Source: a virus. From it: a stretch of DNA of 40,601 nucleotides. Below the pieces are notes generated by a model. It made no database searches. It was not told the origin of the DNA and saw only the letters and a list, made by a program, of their open reading frames with translations. Position numbers and translations under genes: made by a program. Shown in pieces: positions 9,777 through 18,343 of the stretch; the first letter of the stretch is position 1; each line of letters starts with the position of its first letter. Location: the IMG/VR virus record IMGVR_UViG_3300027509_000007. The stretch is one strand, 5' to 3'.

Positions 9777-10297
9777 AGTGTGCTTAATCGTCGCATTGCT
9801 GGAAATCGATCAGACGTTGCAACGCCTTTTGGCAGAGACAAATTTGGCTGGTCTATAGTTGTAGTTAGTCGCAATTCGAGTATCTGTTTATTGACAGCTT
9901 GTGTCTGCACGACTCGAAATAAATGCTTTGATACCAGCAAGTTCTCAACATTGGCAGCATCATAATCTGGCTGACCAAAACGATAAGAATCCAGCACTCG
10001 ATAACGAGTGACTTCTGCACCAGCTAAATCACCAGCCGTAAAAACAATCGATGCAAATATTTTATTTAAATTGGACAATCGCATTGTGGGTGTTGGTTGA
10101 ACACCTTCTGAACCACTCTCAACATCAAGTAGTTCTAATGGGAATGGTTGAAACGAGTCTCCAGCATTACGCCACACGATTGCCTGTGTATCATCATAGA
10201 ATGGTGTAATTTTAAATGTTGTTCCACCATGTACAATTTCAAAAAGATCAATGACACCTTCAATATAAGGTGCTTGTAAATCACCTCCAATACTCAT
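9773..10297 (-). CDS. Lambda gpL-like minor tail protein, 174 aa.
   Basis: IDLFEI...F.ITPF...VWRN..Y.PFP....D.E.SG...PTPT.RLSN resembles the minor tail protein L family. Gene order matches. Confidence 0.75.
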   Translation of the reverse strand: MSIGGDLQAPYIEGVIDLFEIVHGGTTFKITPFYDDTQAIVWRNAGDSFQPFPLELLDVESGSEGVQPTPTMRLSNLNKIFASIVFTAGDLAGAEVTRYRVLDSYRFGQPDYDAANVENLLVSKHLFRVVQTQAVNKQILELRLTTTIDQPNLSLPKGVATSDRFPAMRRLSTL

Positions 10298-10644
10298 TAG
10301 GCTAACTCCTGCCTGATATTAAATGTGATTGTATGATTATCATCGTGTATCGAATCATGATCATAATCACTGATAACTCGATACTTTTTTTCAACAGTAT
10401 CTGTTGGCATGGTTGCTTCAAACAAATCCCAATTACCAACACCGTCTAGAAATGTAATGATGGTTTCCATCTCAGTCTTTCTGACTTGTTCAAAAACGAC
10501 TGTCCATGAATCCATTTTTCTGGCAGAAGCTGGGCCAGATGTCACGCGCTGAGAATATCCATTATCAAAGTCAACAACAGAGCCACGATACATTCCTTTC
10601 TTTTTAGATCGTGTGCTTATTTTATTTTGAAAAGGCATTTGCAT
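10297..10644 (-). CDS. Lambda gpM-like minor / distal tail protein, 115 aa.
   Basis: Size and position immediately after the tape measure, with overlapping start and stop codons on both sides. Confidence 0.55.
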   Translation of the reverse strand: MQMPFQNKISTRSKKKGMYRGSVVDFDNGYSQRVTSGPASARKMDSWTVVFEQVRKTEMETIITFLDGVGNWDLFEATMPTDTVEKKYRVISDYDHDSIHDDNHTITFNIRQELA

Positions 10645-13256
10645 TATGAAACTCTCCTGTTAAGCATTCCATTTGCTCTGGTCTGGTATGCCATACGTCT
10701 ATCTATTGCAGCATTCAATGCGCGTTCTGCACCAAGCTGTGCTGATCGTTCAACGTCTGCTGGATTATTATTATTTCCAGATATATCAATTTTGATTTCT
10801 GCATTAAAATTATCTGCTGAACTAGCTGCACCAAGTTGTGGTACTGCTTGTGGTGGTGATGGAACAGCATTAAGTGTTACAGCAGCAACATCAGGAGCAG
10901 GAGCACCACCAGCAGAAGCACCACCACCAAACAATCCAAGTCCAATGTTAAGTGCTTGCATGACTGCTGCATTTGCAAGTTGCTGGATTAAAATATCTTG
11001 AAGGTTAATAATCGCAGCTTCTTTAATTTCACTCCATGATGCAGCACCATCACGTCCAGACTTTGCAAAGCCAACAGTTAGTTCTTCAAAGAAATTAGTG
11101 AATGGTTCAGCTAATTTCTTTACCTGATCTTTTTGTTGCTGTGCAATTTGTTCTTCCAAACGTTCACGTCTATTTTTGGCATCTCGTTCAAATTCTATTT
11201 GAATTTCTTTCTTAGCTTCTTCATGCTCTTTGAATGCTGTTAACTGAGTGTTTAGTGCTTGACGTTGTTGGTCTATTTGACGATTCAAAGATTCACGTTG
11301 GAACTTTTCTTGCTCAGCACCAGATGCACCCAATGATAATGAATTTGAAAATGAACCATTACGCTGTTGCAGTAAAATAGATTCAAGTCTATTGTATTGA
11401 TTTTCAATAAAACCCAAGTTAGTTACAAGTTCTGATTTCTGTTGACGATCTAAAGCTGATCTTTTAGCAGCAACTTTTTCATCGAACTGTGCCAATATTT
11501 CAGCACGTTTAGATCCAAACACTGAAGCAGCACTTAGTCTTTCTTGTAGTGCTTCGCGTTCAGATTCTGATTCATTTTTCAGAACAGTTCGAAACGCATC
11601 GAATCTATTTTGTAATTCTTGTGGTGAGAAAGGTAATTGTGCAACACCATCTATATTAGCCTTAGTAATGGAATTCTCTTGCTCTCTAGTTATGGTACGA
11701 ATTAAAGCAATTCGAGCTTTATATTGTTGGTTTGTTAGTGCGTTTGCTGCTGTTTCTTTTTCAGATGCAGCAGTTTTAAGTTTTATTAACTTTGTTTCCT
11801 CAATTCCAAGCGCTATTTTTTGAGCTGCTTCCAATGCTTGAATTCTTTCAAGTGAAGCAGCCGAATCATCAGCATCAAATAATGCATTACTTTGTTTTGT
11901 TTTCAATTGCTTAATAATAACTTCTTGACGTTGAACAGCATCTTCAATGTTGGCTGTAAGCGCATTATTTGATTGAGTCAACAAACGATCTATTTCTTTC
12001 GTTAGTGTTGCATTAGCTACCTGTTCTGCACTTAATGTGGGTACTGGTGCACTTGAGGTTCCAGTGGGAACAGGGCCATTACGTCCACGCCTTGTTTTTG
12101 GTACTGATACTTCACCAGAATCAACTCGTGCTTGTGCACTAGCAGTTAATTTAATAGTACCTTCCGTACTCTCGAAACCATTATTAACTAACTCTATAAT
12201 ATCTCTGAGTTCTTTTAATGTATTGATTAGAATTCTTATTGGCCCGAGGTCAGCTATTTTTATAAGAAATTCTTGCACACCAATAGCAGCAGCCACGAGT
12301 CCGTTGACTAAGAATAGAAATGAGTTTGTTAAATCAGCAACTAGACCTGAAAGAAAACTTATTGTCGGTCTTAGCTTCTCAAGTAATCGAAAGAATGTTT
12401 CTGTGCTTGGGGCTGTATCAGCAAATGAACCTCTTAACGCTTGACCAATTGATTTGGATAATGAGTTATACGCTTCAGCAGATTTCGCCAGTGCATTAGT
12501 TTGTTCTTCACCAACAATATCGTTTGTGACTTTTAGTTTTTTTGCTAGTGCATCAAGTGATGTTGTATTGGTATCTAGAATAGCAGATAACTTGTTTCCG
12601 TCAGAGCCTAGAATTTGGACAGCCAGTGCACTACGCTCTGCTTCATTGGAAACGCTTGCCAGTTTTGCAATAACATCGTTAAACACAGAACCTGTATCAC
12701 GAAGATTACCATTGGTGTCTCTGATTTCAACACCTAATTCCTTGTATGCAAATGCTGCTGGGCCTGCACCCTCAAGTGCAAATTCACCTAAGAATTCACC
12801 AAAGTCTCTGAATAAATCAGATGCTCCCTGCATATCGATATCAACTTTTTTACCGATTGCAGCAAGCGTTGATAAACTGGTTGTAGTAACTCCAGCGACG
12901 GTTGCTAGTTTCTTTAATTCAAGTGCTGCCTTTGCTGCTGTAAATTGTGCAGTAGCAAAGCCAGAAATAGCAGCGCCTAAAGCTACACCAAATGCAACCA
13001 TTGGATTTCTTGCAGCTTTAAGCAGAGTACTAAAACCACGAACTTCTCCACCAGCACCTAGTAAAGCACTTTTAAAATTCTTGGTCTTACTTGTGGCATT
13101 TTTTGTTGCTTTCTGGTTCTTATTTAATTTGCTGCTATTATCGTTGAGACTTTTTCCAGACTTATCAGCTTGGGATTTCATCTCTTTTAATGCTTTGATG
13201 AAATCTTCCAATTCCTTGAAATCGATCTTTGCTGCTAGTTCATATGCTGTAGTCAT
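10644..13256 (-). CDS. Tail tape measure protein, 870 aa.
   Basis: Long Ala/Leu/Gln-rich protein predicted to be helical. It follows the G/G-T chaperone pair. Confidence 0.85.
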   Translation of the reverse strand: MTTAYELAAKIDFKELEDFIKALKEMKSQADKSGKSLNDNSSKLNKNQKATKNATSKTKNFKSALLGAGGEVRGFSTLLKAARNPMVAFGVALGAAISGFATAQFTAAKAALELKKLATVAGVTTTSLSTLAAIGKKVDIDMQGASDLFRDFGEFLGEFALEGAGPAAFAYKELGVEIRDTNGNLRDTGSVFNDVIAKLASVSNEAERSALAVQILGSDGNKLSAILDTNTTSLDALAKKLKVTNDIVGEEQTNALAKSAEAYNSLSKSIGQALRGSFADTAPSTETFFRLLEKLRPTISFLSGLVADLTNSFLFLVNGLVAAAIGVQEFLIKIADLGPIRILINTLKELRDIIELVNNGFESTEGTIKLTASAQARVDSGEVSVPKTRRGRNGPVPTGTSSAPVPTLSAEQVANATLTKEIDRLLTQSNNALTANIEDAVQRQEVIIKQLKTKQSNALFDADDSAASLERIQALEAAQKIALGIEETKLIKLKTAASEKETAANALTNQQYKARIALIRTITREQENSITKANIDGVAQLPFSPQELQNRFDAFRTVLKNESESEREALQERLSAASVFGSKRAEILAQFDEKVAAKRSALDRQQKSELVTNLGFIENQYNRLESILLQQRNGSFSNSLSLGASGAEQEKFQRESLNRQIDQQRQALNTQLTAFKEHEEAKKEIQIEFERDAKNRRERLEEQIAQQQKDQVKKLAEPFTNFFEELTVGFAKSGRDGAASWSEIKEAAIINLQDILIQQLANAAVMQALNIGLGLFGGGASAGGAPAPDVAAVTLNAVPSPPQAVPQLGAASSADNFNAEIKIDISGNNNNPADVERSAQLGAERALNAAIDRRMAYQTRANGMLNRRVS

Positions 13257-13627
13257 GTTGTGTTCTCTTTACTATTACTGTATTTAATAAAGTTTCGGTC
13301 AATTTGAAGGATGCAATTGACCTCTAGAGGACATAACTTAATTCGATACAATTTAATATAATCTTTGATCTGGCCTAAATTAACTGGGTCAGCTTCTCTG
13401 CGCAAACCTGCAAGAACAAACCATGCGTTGTAAGCTCTTTTATAAATGAACGGGAAGGGTTTATCTAACTCTGGATTTAATTCTGAATAATCAAAACCAG
13501 CATCAGGATAGGTTTTCCTACCGAACTCCAATCTCTGCCGTTGTGTTTTGCCCTTACTATCTGGCATATCCATTGTGACGAATCTCTTTATATATTCATC
13601 AACTTCAGTAAGGGCCGTTAGAAAAAA
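13253..13627 (-). CDS. T-like extension of the tail assembly chaperone. It is reached by a -1 frameshift from the G-like ORF.
   Basis: The -1 frame is open from the slippery heptamer (13621..13627) to the TGA at 13253..13255. It reads ..NQFFLTALTEVDEYIKRFVTMDMPDSKGK.. The stop overlaps the tape measure start as ATGA. Confidence 0.7.
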   Translation of the reverse strand, partial: FFLTALTEVDEYIKRFVTMDMPDSKGKTQRQRLEFGRKTYPDAGFDYSELNPELDKPFPFIYKRAYNAWFVLAGLRREADPVNLGQIKDYIKLYRIKLCPLEVNCILQIDRNFIKYSNSKENTT

Positions 13628-14016
13628 TTGGTTGTGTCTTTAATAGCAAGATCTAGTTGAACTCTTATCCACGCCATTTTTGGGTTACTCAATATTTTGT
13701 AACAGGCTTCTTCTGAGAATGGTTCTCCAAAAAAATCAGGACACCAATCTTTCACACATTTGGCCATTGATTTAATTGTTTCATCTTCTAGGTCAGTGTC
13801 TGGAACTTCCGACAATAAATCTCGCATTGAACGGCTGGCATCATCAAATTCGTCGCTATAGATTCCAACTATTTGCATCCAACCTCCAGTATCTTCAAAG
13901 TCTGAAGGACTTAGTATTTTTAATTTGTGTTCTTTAGGCTGAAATGAAGCCAGTGTTTTTTTAACAACCTTCTTAGTGATTTTCTTTTTTGGTGCAGTTT
14001 TTGTGTTAGTGGTCAT
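13618..14016 (-). CDS. Tail assembly chaperone (lambda G-like), 132 aa.
   Basis: Acidic small protein between the major tail protein and the tape measure. It ends at the slippery site. Confidence 0.7.
   Translation of the reverse strand: MTTNTKTAPKKKITKKVVKKTLASFQPKEHKLKILSPSDFEDTGGWMQIVGIYSDEFDDASRSMRDLLSEVPDTDLEDETIKSMAKCVKDWCPDFFGEPFSEEACYKILSNPKMAWIRVQLDLAIKDTTNFF
13621..13627 (-). promoter_or_regulatory. Programmed -1 ribosomal frameshift slippery heptamer U_UUU_UUC.
   Basis: Minus sense reads AAT TTT TTC TAA. This is an X_XXY_YYZ heptamer in the correct phase, ending at the G-like stop codon. Confidence 0.7.
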
Positions 14017-14069
14017 AGATGAATATCCTCATTGATATTCATATTTACTATTTTTTTTGAGGTGTGTTA

Positions 14070-14987
14070 TTAGGTGCGTGTAATGCGAATGGCAGACTTA
14101 CCAGCAGTATCATTACGAAGTGCTTTTAATTGTATGGTCTGGATTATCTGACCACTTGAGTTAACTGGAATAGAATCCTGAAGAACTCGAACACGGCTGA
14201 ATTCCCATTTCTGACTTGTGCTTGAATCTGGGTCATTTAGAGTGAATTCTAGTGCTTGATCATCTTGATCGTTAAACGCTTGTAACATCTCAGCATCCTT
14301 GAATTGAGCCGTTAATGAAATATCAACAACACTTCGGCCAGCAGCTACGCAAGCGGCATTTAATTCGCCCCAAACGTTAACGCTTTCTAAGTTATTTGAT
14401 AGGTTTACAGTTACGCCTTGAACGTATCCAATTGCAGTACCATTGAATTTCATATTTCCATCGAAATGCATATATGGTTTTCTGTTTGCAATTTGTTTTG
14501 TTGGGTCAGTGTCGCCCGATGCAGCTAATTCTTGACCAGTACCAATCATGCCAAATGATAGTGAAGCAGTAGAATCAAGCTGTGCATCCAATGTCATAGT
14601 GTTAGGTAGACAATCTTTGTACTGGCGAACAACACCATTATCTAATTGATCCATCCAAAGTGTCATTGGATTTTCAATTGAATCTACTTCCAGTACATCA
14701 CTAGACCATTGCCCAAAAAGTGCAGCTTCTAGAAAATCATCATACTGATCAGATCGATGTGCAAATTGAAGATCGAAAGTAGATGACTGAGCACCAAGTC
14801 GAACGTCAAGTTCTTCACGAGTTCCATTTAATGATGGATCTTCAATTGTTGCTCGTACAGCATCAGGAGATGCACTTACAAATGGTTGAACGTCTGTGTC
14901 ACCATCCACGATTGTCGGGATAGTGCCAAATATTTGTTGTTTGATCGATGTAAGGCGTGTATTCCCGCCGTTGCTAAAACATGCCAT
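14070..14987 (-). CDS. Major tail (tube) protein, 305 aa.
   Basis: Position upstream of the chaperone pair, a strong AGGA ribosome-binding site, and the conserved leader block. Confidence 0.7.
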   Translation of the reverse strand: MACFSNGGNTRLTSIKQQIFGTIPTIVDGDTDVQPFVSASPDAVRATIEDPSLNGTREELDVRLGAQSSTFDLQFAHRSDQYDDFLEAALFGQWSSDVLEVDSIENPMTLWMDQLDNGVVRQYKDCLPNTMTLDAQLDSTASLSFGMIGTGQELAASGDTDPTKQIANRKPYMHFDGNMKFNGTAIGYVQGVTVNLSNNLESVNVWGELNAACVAAGRSVVDISLTAQFKDAEMLQAFNDQDDQALEFTLNDPDSSTSQKWEFSRVRVLQDSIPVNSSGQIIQTIQLKALRNDTAGKSAIRITRT

Positions 14988-14991
14988 TAAA

Positions 14992-15018
14992 AAAATCCTC
15001 TATAGATAATGTATTTAT
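14992..15018 (-). promoter_or_regulatory. Conserved 27-nt leader block, copy 2, directly upstream of the major tail protein ATG.
   Basis: Minus sense reads ATAAATACATTATCTAT-AG-AGGATTTT. The exact 17-mer is shared with 3008..3024. The block overlaps the stop codon of the upstream gene. Confidence 0.6.
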
Positions 15019-15446
15019 GGTCGAGTGATGAAACTTTGAGCTTCTATCACTACCGTAGACAATGTGTAATTGGTCGTAATGTTGTTTGGATTCTTGTACG
15101 CTCGTGTTGTGTCAACACAAACATCATCAATTATTAGGTTTCGACCACGAGCAAATAATTTAATTACATCGTCTGCAAAGGCGTTTGTTCTATCTGTGCC
15201 ACTACCAGCAGGTACAAATAATTGAATTAAGAATCGCACTGGATATACATCATCACCACCTATGCCAATCGAGTTTGGAAAAGATCGAAGTGGTTGCAAT
15301 GTGGTTCGAACATAGGTTACTTTTTTAGTTGAAACCTGTTCATCACTCTGGAGATAGCCAGCATCATTTTCTTCAATTAATTTTGGAAGATCTGGTAATG
15401 TCTTTAAATGATCGGTCAATAATTTTTGAATCGTTACGTATTCCAT
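15015..15446 (-). CDS. Tail terminator / tail completion protein candidate, 143 aa.
   Basis: Position between the HK97 gp10-like gene and the major tail protein. The call rests on synteny only. Confidence 0.5.
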   Translation of the reverse strand: MEYVTIQKLLTDHLKTLPDLPKLIEENDAGYLQSDEQVSTKKVTYVRTTLQPLRSFPNSIGIGGDDVYPVRFLIQLFVPAGSGTDRTNAFADDVIKLFARGRNLIIDDVCVDTTRAYKNPNNITTNYTLSTVVIEAQSFITRP

Positions 15447-15763
15447 TAACTTGTTTTCCTGACGTATTGTTCGACCATGTATGGAAATTCTGATACTGCT
15501 GGGCCTATCACTCCAGATGCTGCTTGATTACTCCAGCCGTTTTCCAGTGCAATCAATTTCTCTATGGGTTCATCGGTGTTGTATATGACAGAGAATTCAG
15601 CATCAATGTCAGCTTTCCATCCACTGCGATAATCACCAGTGTCAACTGGACTTAGTTCTTGCACACGTTCTAGAAATTCATTGGTCAGTGCTTCACCCAT
15701 ATTTTCAAGATCAGATATCAATGGGTCTGTGCCTGCTGTTGAAAATGTCACTCTGCTGTTCAT
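15446..15763 (-). CDS. HK97 gp10-like neck / tail component, 105 aa.
   Basis: SPVDTGDYRSGW resembles the aPv.tG.lr.s motif of the HK97 gp10 family. Synteny agrees. Confidence 0.6.
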   Translation of the reverse strand: MNSRVTFSTAGTDPLISDLENMGEALTNEFLERVQELSPVDTGDYRSGWKADIDAEFSVIYNTDEPIEKLIALENGWSNQAASGVIGPAVSEFPYMVEQYVRKTS

Positions 15764-16110
15764 TATGTGATGTCCTTCTTTTCTTCGTCCAAGATGTATT
15801 CTAGATATTGATTTTTACCTACATCGACAACATTGAATCCAGTGACTTTGAAAAATCGATTATCGACATGGACTCTATAAGTGGGGTCAGCATCTGATCG
15901 GTATCGTGTATATAACTTATGCGTTCGTTGATTTAATGCTTGCTCACCACGATTTCTATCCAGTCCACCAAGGGACTCGAACTTACATCTATCTTCATAA
16001 GCTGTGATGTACTGACCAGCAGTTTCATATCTTGTAGCATCCTGTTCAACGTATTGTTGAAACGTTACAGGCACACGAAAATCAGATATCTTTAATTTCT
16101 TAATTGGCAT
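15763..16110 (-). CDS. Head closure / head-tail joining protein, about 115 aa from the ATG at 16110.
   Basis: The track start at 16140 is GTG. The ATG at 16110 forms a TAATG overlap with the upstream gene. Sequence and synteny resemble SPP1 gp16-type head closure proteins. Confidence 0.6.
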   Translation of the reverse strand: MPIKKLKISDFRVPVTFQQYVEQDATRYETAGQYITAYEDRCKFESLGGLDRNRGEQALNQRTHKLYTRYRSDADPTYRVHVDNRFFKVTGFNVVDVGKNQYLEYILDEEKKDIT

Positions 16111-16688
16111 TAGAGCAGCACCGGACGATAGCTTTGCCACAATCGTTTGGTTTCAGGCTGAAGGTGTGGAGTATCCAGTTCTGACTCGCCTCTGTTTTCA
16201 AATAGCGAAGCCAGCTCGATCATCATTCCAGTCGAAAGTGATTTTGGAATATCATCTGGTGTTTCACCAAATCCGACACGATAGGTAATTTGGATTGGCT
16301 CAATTGATCGAAGCTCTATATCAGGCCATTTTTCACCATCATTCAATGCAAACACAGGATTCACTGGGTCAGAATTTGTAATCCCTTTGGAAATGTCCAG
16401 TGTGGTTAGTTCGTTAGTGGTCGAATATATATTGATTGCCACAATATCGATTATTGGGCCACGTTTTAATTCAATGCAGTTCGATTCAGGCCAGCAATCA
16501 AGGTACAAAGTCTTAGTCTGTTGAATAAGCGAAATTCCACAGTAGTTTTCACAGCTAACCGTGACACTATCAATTAATGATTGAATTGTTATATCGAAAT
16601 CATCTGATGTGACATTAAGGTACTCTTTTACCTCTGCAAGACTTATCGGATAGTCTTGAGCTTGTACGATTGTTTTGAGATAGGACAT
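16110..16688 (-). CDS. gp6-like head-tail connector (DNA packaging adaptor), 192 aa.
   Basis: The N-terminus ISLAEVKEYLNVTSDDFDITIQSLIDS is typical of the Phage_connect_1 family. Synteny agrees. Confidence 0.7.
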   Translation of the reverse strand: MSYLKTIVQAQDYPISLAEVKEYLNVTSDDFDITIQSLIDSVTVSCENYCGISLIQQTKTLYLDCWPESNCIELKRGPIIDIVAINIYSTTNELTTLDISKGITNSDPVNPVFALNDGEKWPDIELRSIEPIQITYRVGFGETPDDIPKSLSTGMMIELASLFENRGESELDTPHLQPETKRLWQSYRPVLL

Positions 16689-16691
16689 GAT

Positions 16692-16952
16692 TTAGTCCTT
16701 CTTCGTGGTAGATTTTTTTCGTGTTTTACGTTTTTTAGGTGCAGGCTTAGGTGCTGAAGGTGCTCCATCAACCACATCTTTGGTTTCATAATCGCCTTTG
16801 GTTTCTTCGATAGGTGAAGCAATACCTGATGCAATCAGCCGTTCAGCAACAGCATCATCAAAATCCATTTCTGTACCTTTGACAAGATCTTTGCCATTTA
16901 GAACTTTGTTTATTGGGCTGACTTTGACGTTTTTTGTTATGTATACTTTCAT
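16692..16952 (-). CDS. Hypothetical 86-aa protein with a Lys-rich tail (KKRKTRKKSTTKKD).
   Basis: ATG start and a GGAG ribosome-binding site. It lies between the capsid and connector genes. Confidence 0.6.
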   Translation of the reverse strand: MKVYITKNVKVSPINKVLNGKDLVKGTEMDFDDAVAERLIASGIASPIEETKGDYETKDVVDGAPSAPKPAPKKRKTRKKSTTKKD

Positions 16953-16990
16953 GAAATACTCCGAGTAATGGAGTATTTATGCGAATGTCA

Positions 16991-17024
16991 GAACGAAGAA
17001 AGCCTCCAATAAAGGAGGCTTTTA
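16991..17024 (-). terminator. Stem-loop terminator candidate downstream of the major capsid gene.
   Basis: Minus sense reads AAAAGCCTCC-TTTATT-GGAGGCTTTCTTCGTT. This is a 7-bp GC-rich stem (17001..17007 / 17014..17020) followed by a U-rich tract. Confidence 0.55.
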
Positions 17025-17050
17025 TCTGTGTACTTAATTAAAAGTAGGTA

Positions 17051-18205
17051 TTAAGCGAACTTCAAACCTTTGACCGCTCGGCCATTAGTTAGGTGTCCAC
17101 CAACTCTCCATTCACTGAATAGAGTTAGGTATGCACGATCACTATAGATATCGCGTATGGTTCGAACAGAACCTTTGTCCACAATAGTGTATGCGTCCTG
17201 AAATGAACCCATGATAATTGGGACACTGCCAGAGCCTATGTCGGGCATTGTATCGTCAATCAAAAATGGAATATCATACAAAGTTGTGATGATAGACTTA
17301 CCATCCATTTGGCGTCCAACGTCTACCAAATATCGGTTTTCGCCGTCCTTCAAACGTCTGTAAGCACCAAGAGTCTTTCGATTACAGATAGCATAAATGC
17401 CGCCATTTGTATAGAAAGGGTCAAGAGCTTCTTGCAGTTTAAGAATATCGTCCTGATGTGGAACAGCAGCTTCAGCATCTACAACAGCAACTTCATCATG
17501 AGTCTCTGCAACAGTTGAATCGGCTGATAAGAACTGTTGAATACCTTTTGGACGATTTACACCGTCACCATCGATAAACGCTCCACCTTCTAATTTAGAA
17601 ACAGCTCGGCCAGTAACTCGTGCCAGCCATTGTTCTGCATTAGGCGTATCGGCTAATTGCTCGGGTGTAACTTTCGGAGCTGCATAGATTGGGTGAAGAT
17701 CGATTTTACCTTGTGCAAAGGATGAAACTGCTGTATTTGGACGTGCTTGCGTTTCAGCAGAAAATCCAGCTTCACTCTCTGATGCTTCGTTATTAAAGAG
17801 CCATACATTGCTGCTAGTAATAGTTTCTTTATTAGCAACTCGACGCATTGCGTTAGTGCTATCACGAAGTTCAAATACTTTAGATACAAGAGCGTTAGGC
17901 ACTAGAAAACCAGCACTTTCATCAACAGTTGTATTCCATTCAGCAGCTTTTACTTCAGTTGCATCACCAGATTGAATCCAGCTTTTGAATTCATTTTCGT
18001 AATTACTTTGAACAACTTCTTCTGTCATTGACTCAACTTCTGAGCGCTTCTGAGCAGTTTCAATTGCTTCAAGTTTCTGTTCCAGTTGTGAAACAGTTTC
18101 ATTGAGGGCATTACCCTCGCTTTCCAAGCCAGCATCATACTTGGCTTGCATGTCACTTAGGACACTTTTGATTTCGGATAACAGTTGGTCGTTTTCCATA
18201 GTCAT
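17051..18205 (-). CDS. Major capsid protein, HK97 fold, with an N-terminal coiled-coil delta/scaffold domain.
   Basis: Position after the portal-protease gene. The N-terminal roughly 100 aa are helical and rich in E, Q and L. The track start at 18214 is TTG. The ATG at 18205 is preceded by GGAG. Confidence 0.8.
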   Translation of the reverse strand: MTMENDQLLSEIKSVLSDMQAKYDAGLESEGNALNETVSQLEQKLEAIETAQKRSEVESMTEEVVQSNYENEFKSWIQSGDATEVKAAEWNTTVDESAGFLVPNALVSKVFELRDSTNAMRRVANKETITSSNVWLFNNEASESEAGFSAETQARPNTAVSSFAQGKIDLHPIYAAPKVTPEQLADTPNAEQWLARVTGRAVSKLEGGAFIDGDGVNRPKGIQQFLSADSTVAETHDEVAVVDAEAAVPHQDDILKLQEALDPFYTNGGIYAICNRKTLGAYRRLKDGENRYLVDVGRQMDGKSIITTLYDIPFLIDDTMPDIGSGSVPIIMGSFQDAYTIVDKGSVRTIRDIYSDRAYLTLFSEWRVGGHLTNGRAVKGLKFA

Positions 18206-18343
18206 TAACTCCAATTTTATTAGTATCGTTTTGCATGGAGAAAATGAGTCAGGAACATAAGTGCATTACTGCGAGTCATGTAAAGAGTATTTTTCCGCTA
18301 AACTTGAAAGTATTTATTAACGGAAACGTACAAAAATATATTT

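Noticed and set aside
10627-13287. Long plus-strand ORFs (10627..11001, 12037..12444, and 12454..13287 of 277 aa) antisense to the tape measure gene.
   Set aside because: They lie entirely within the 870-aa minus-strand gene and have low-complexity, Ser/Ala/Phe-rich translations. They lack ribosome-binding sites and break the single-strand operon organisation. They are typical antisense shadows of an Ala/Leu-rich gene.
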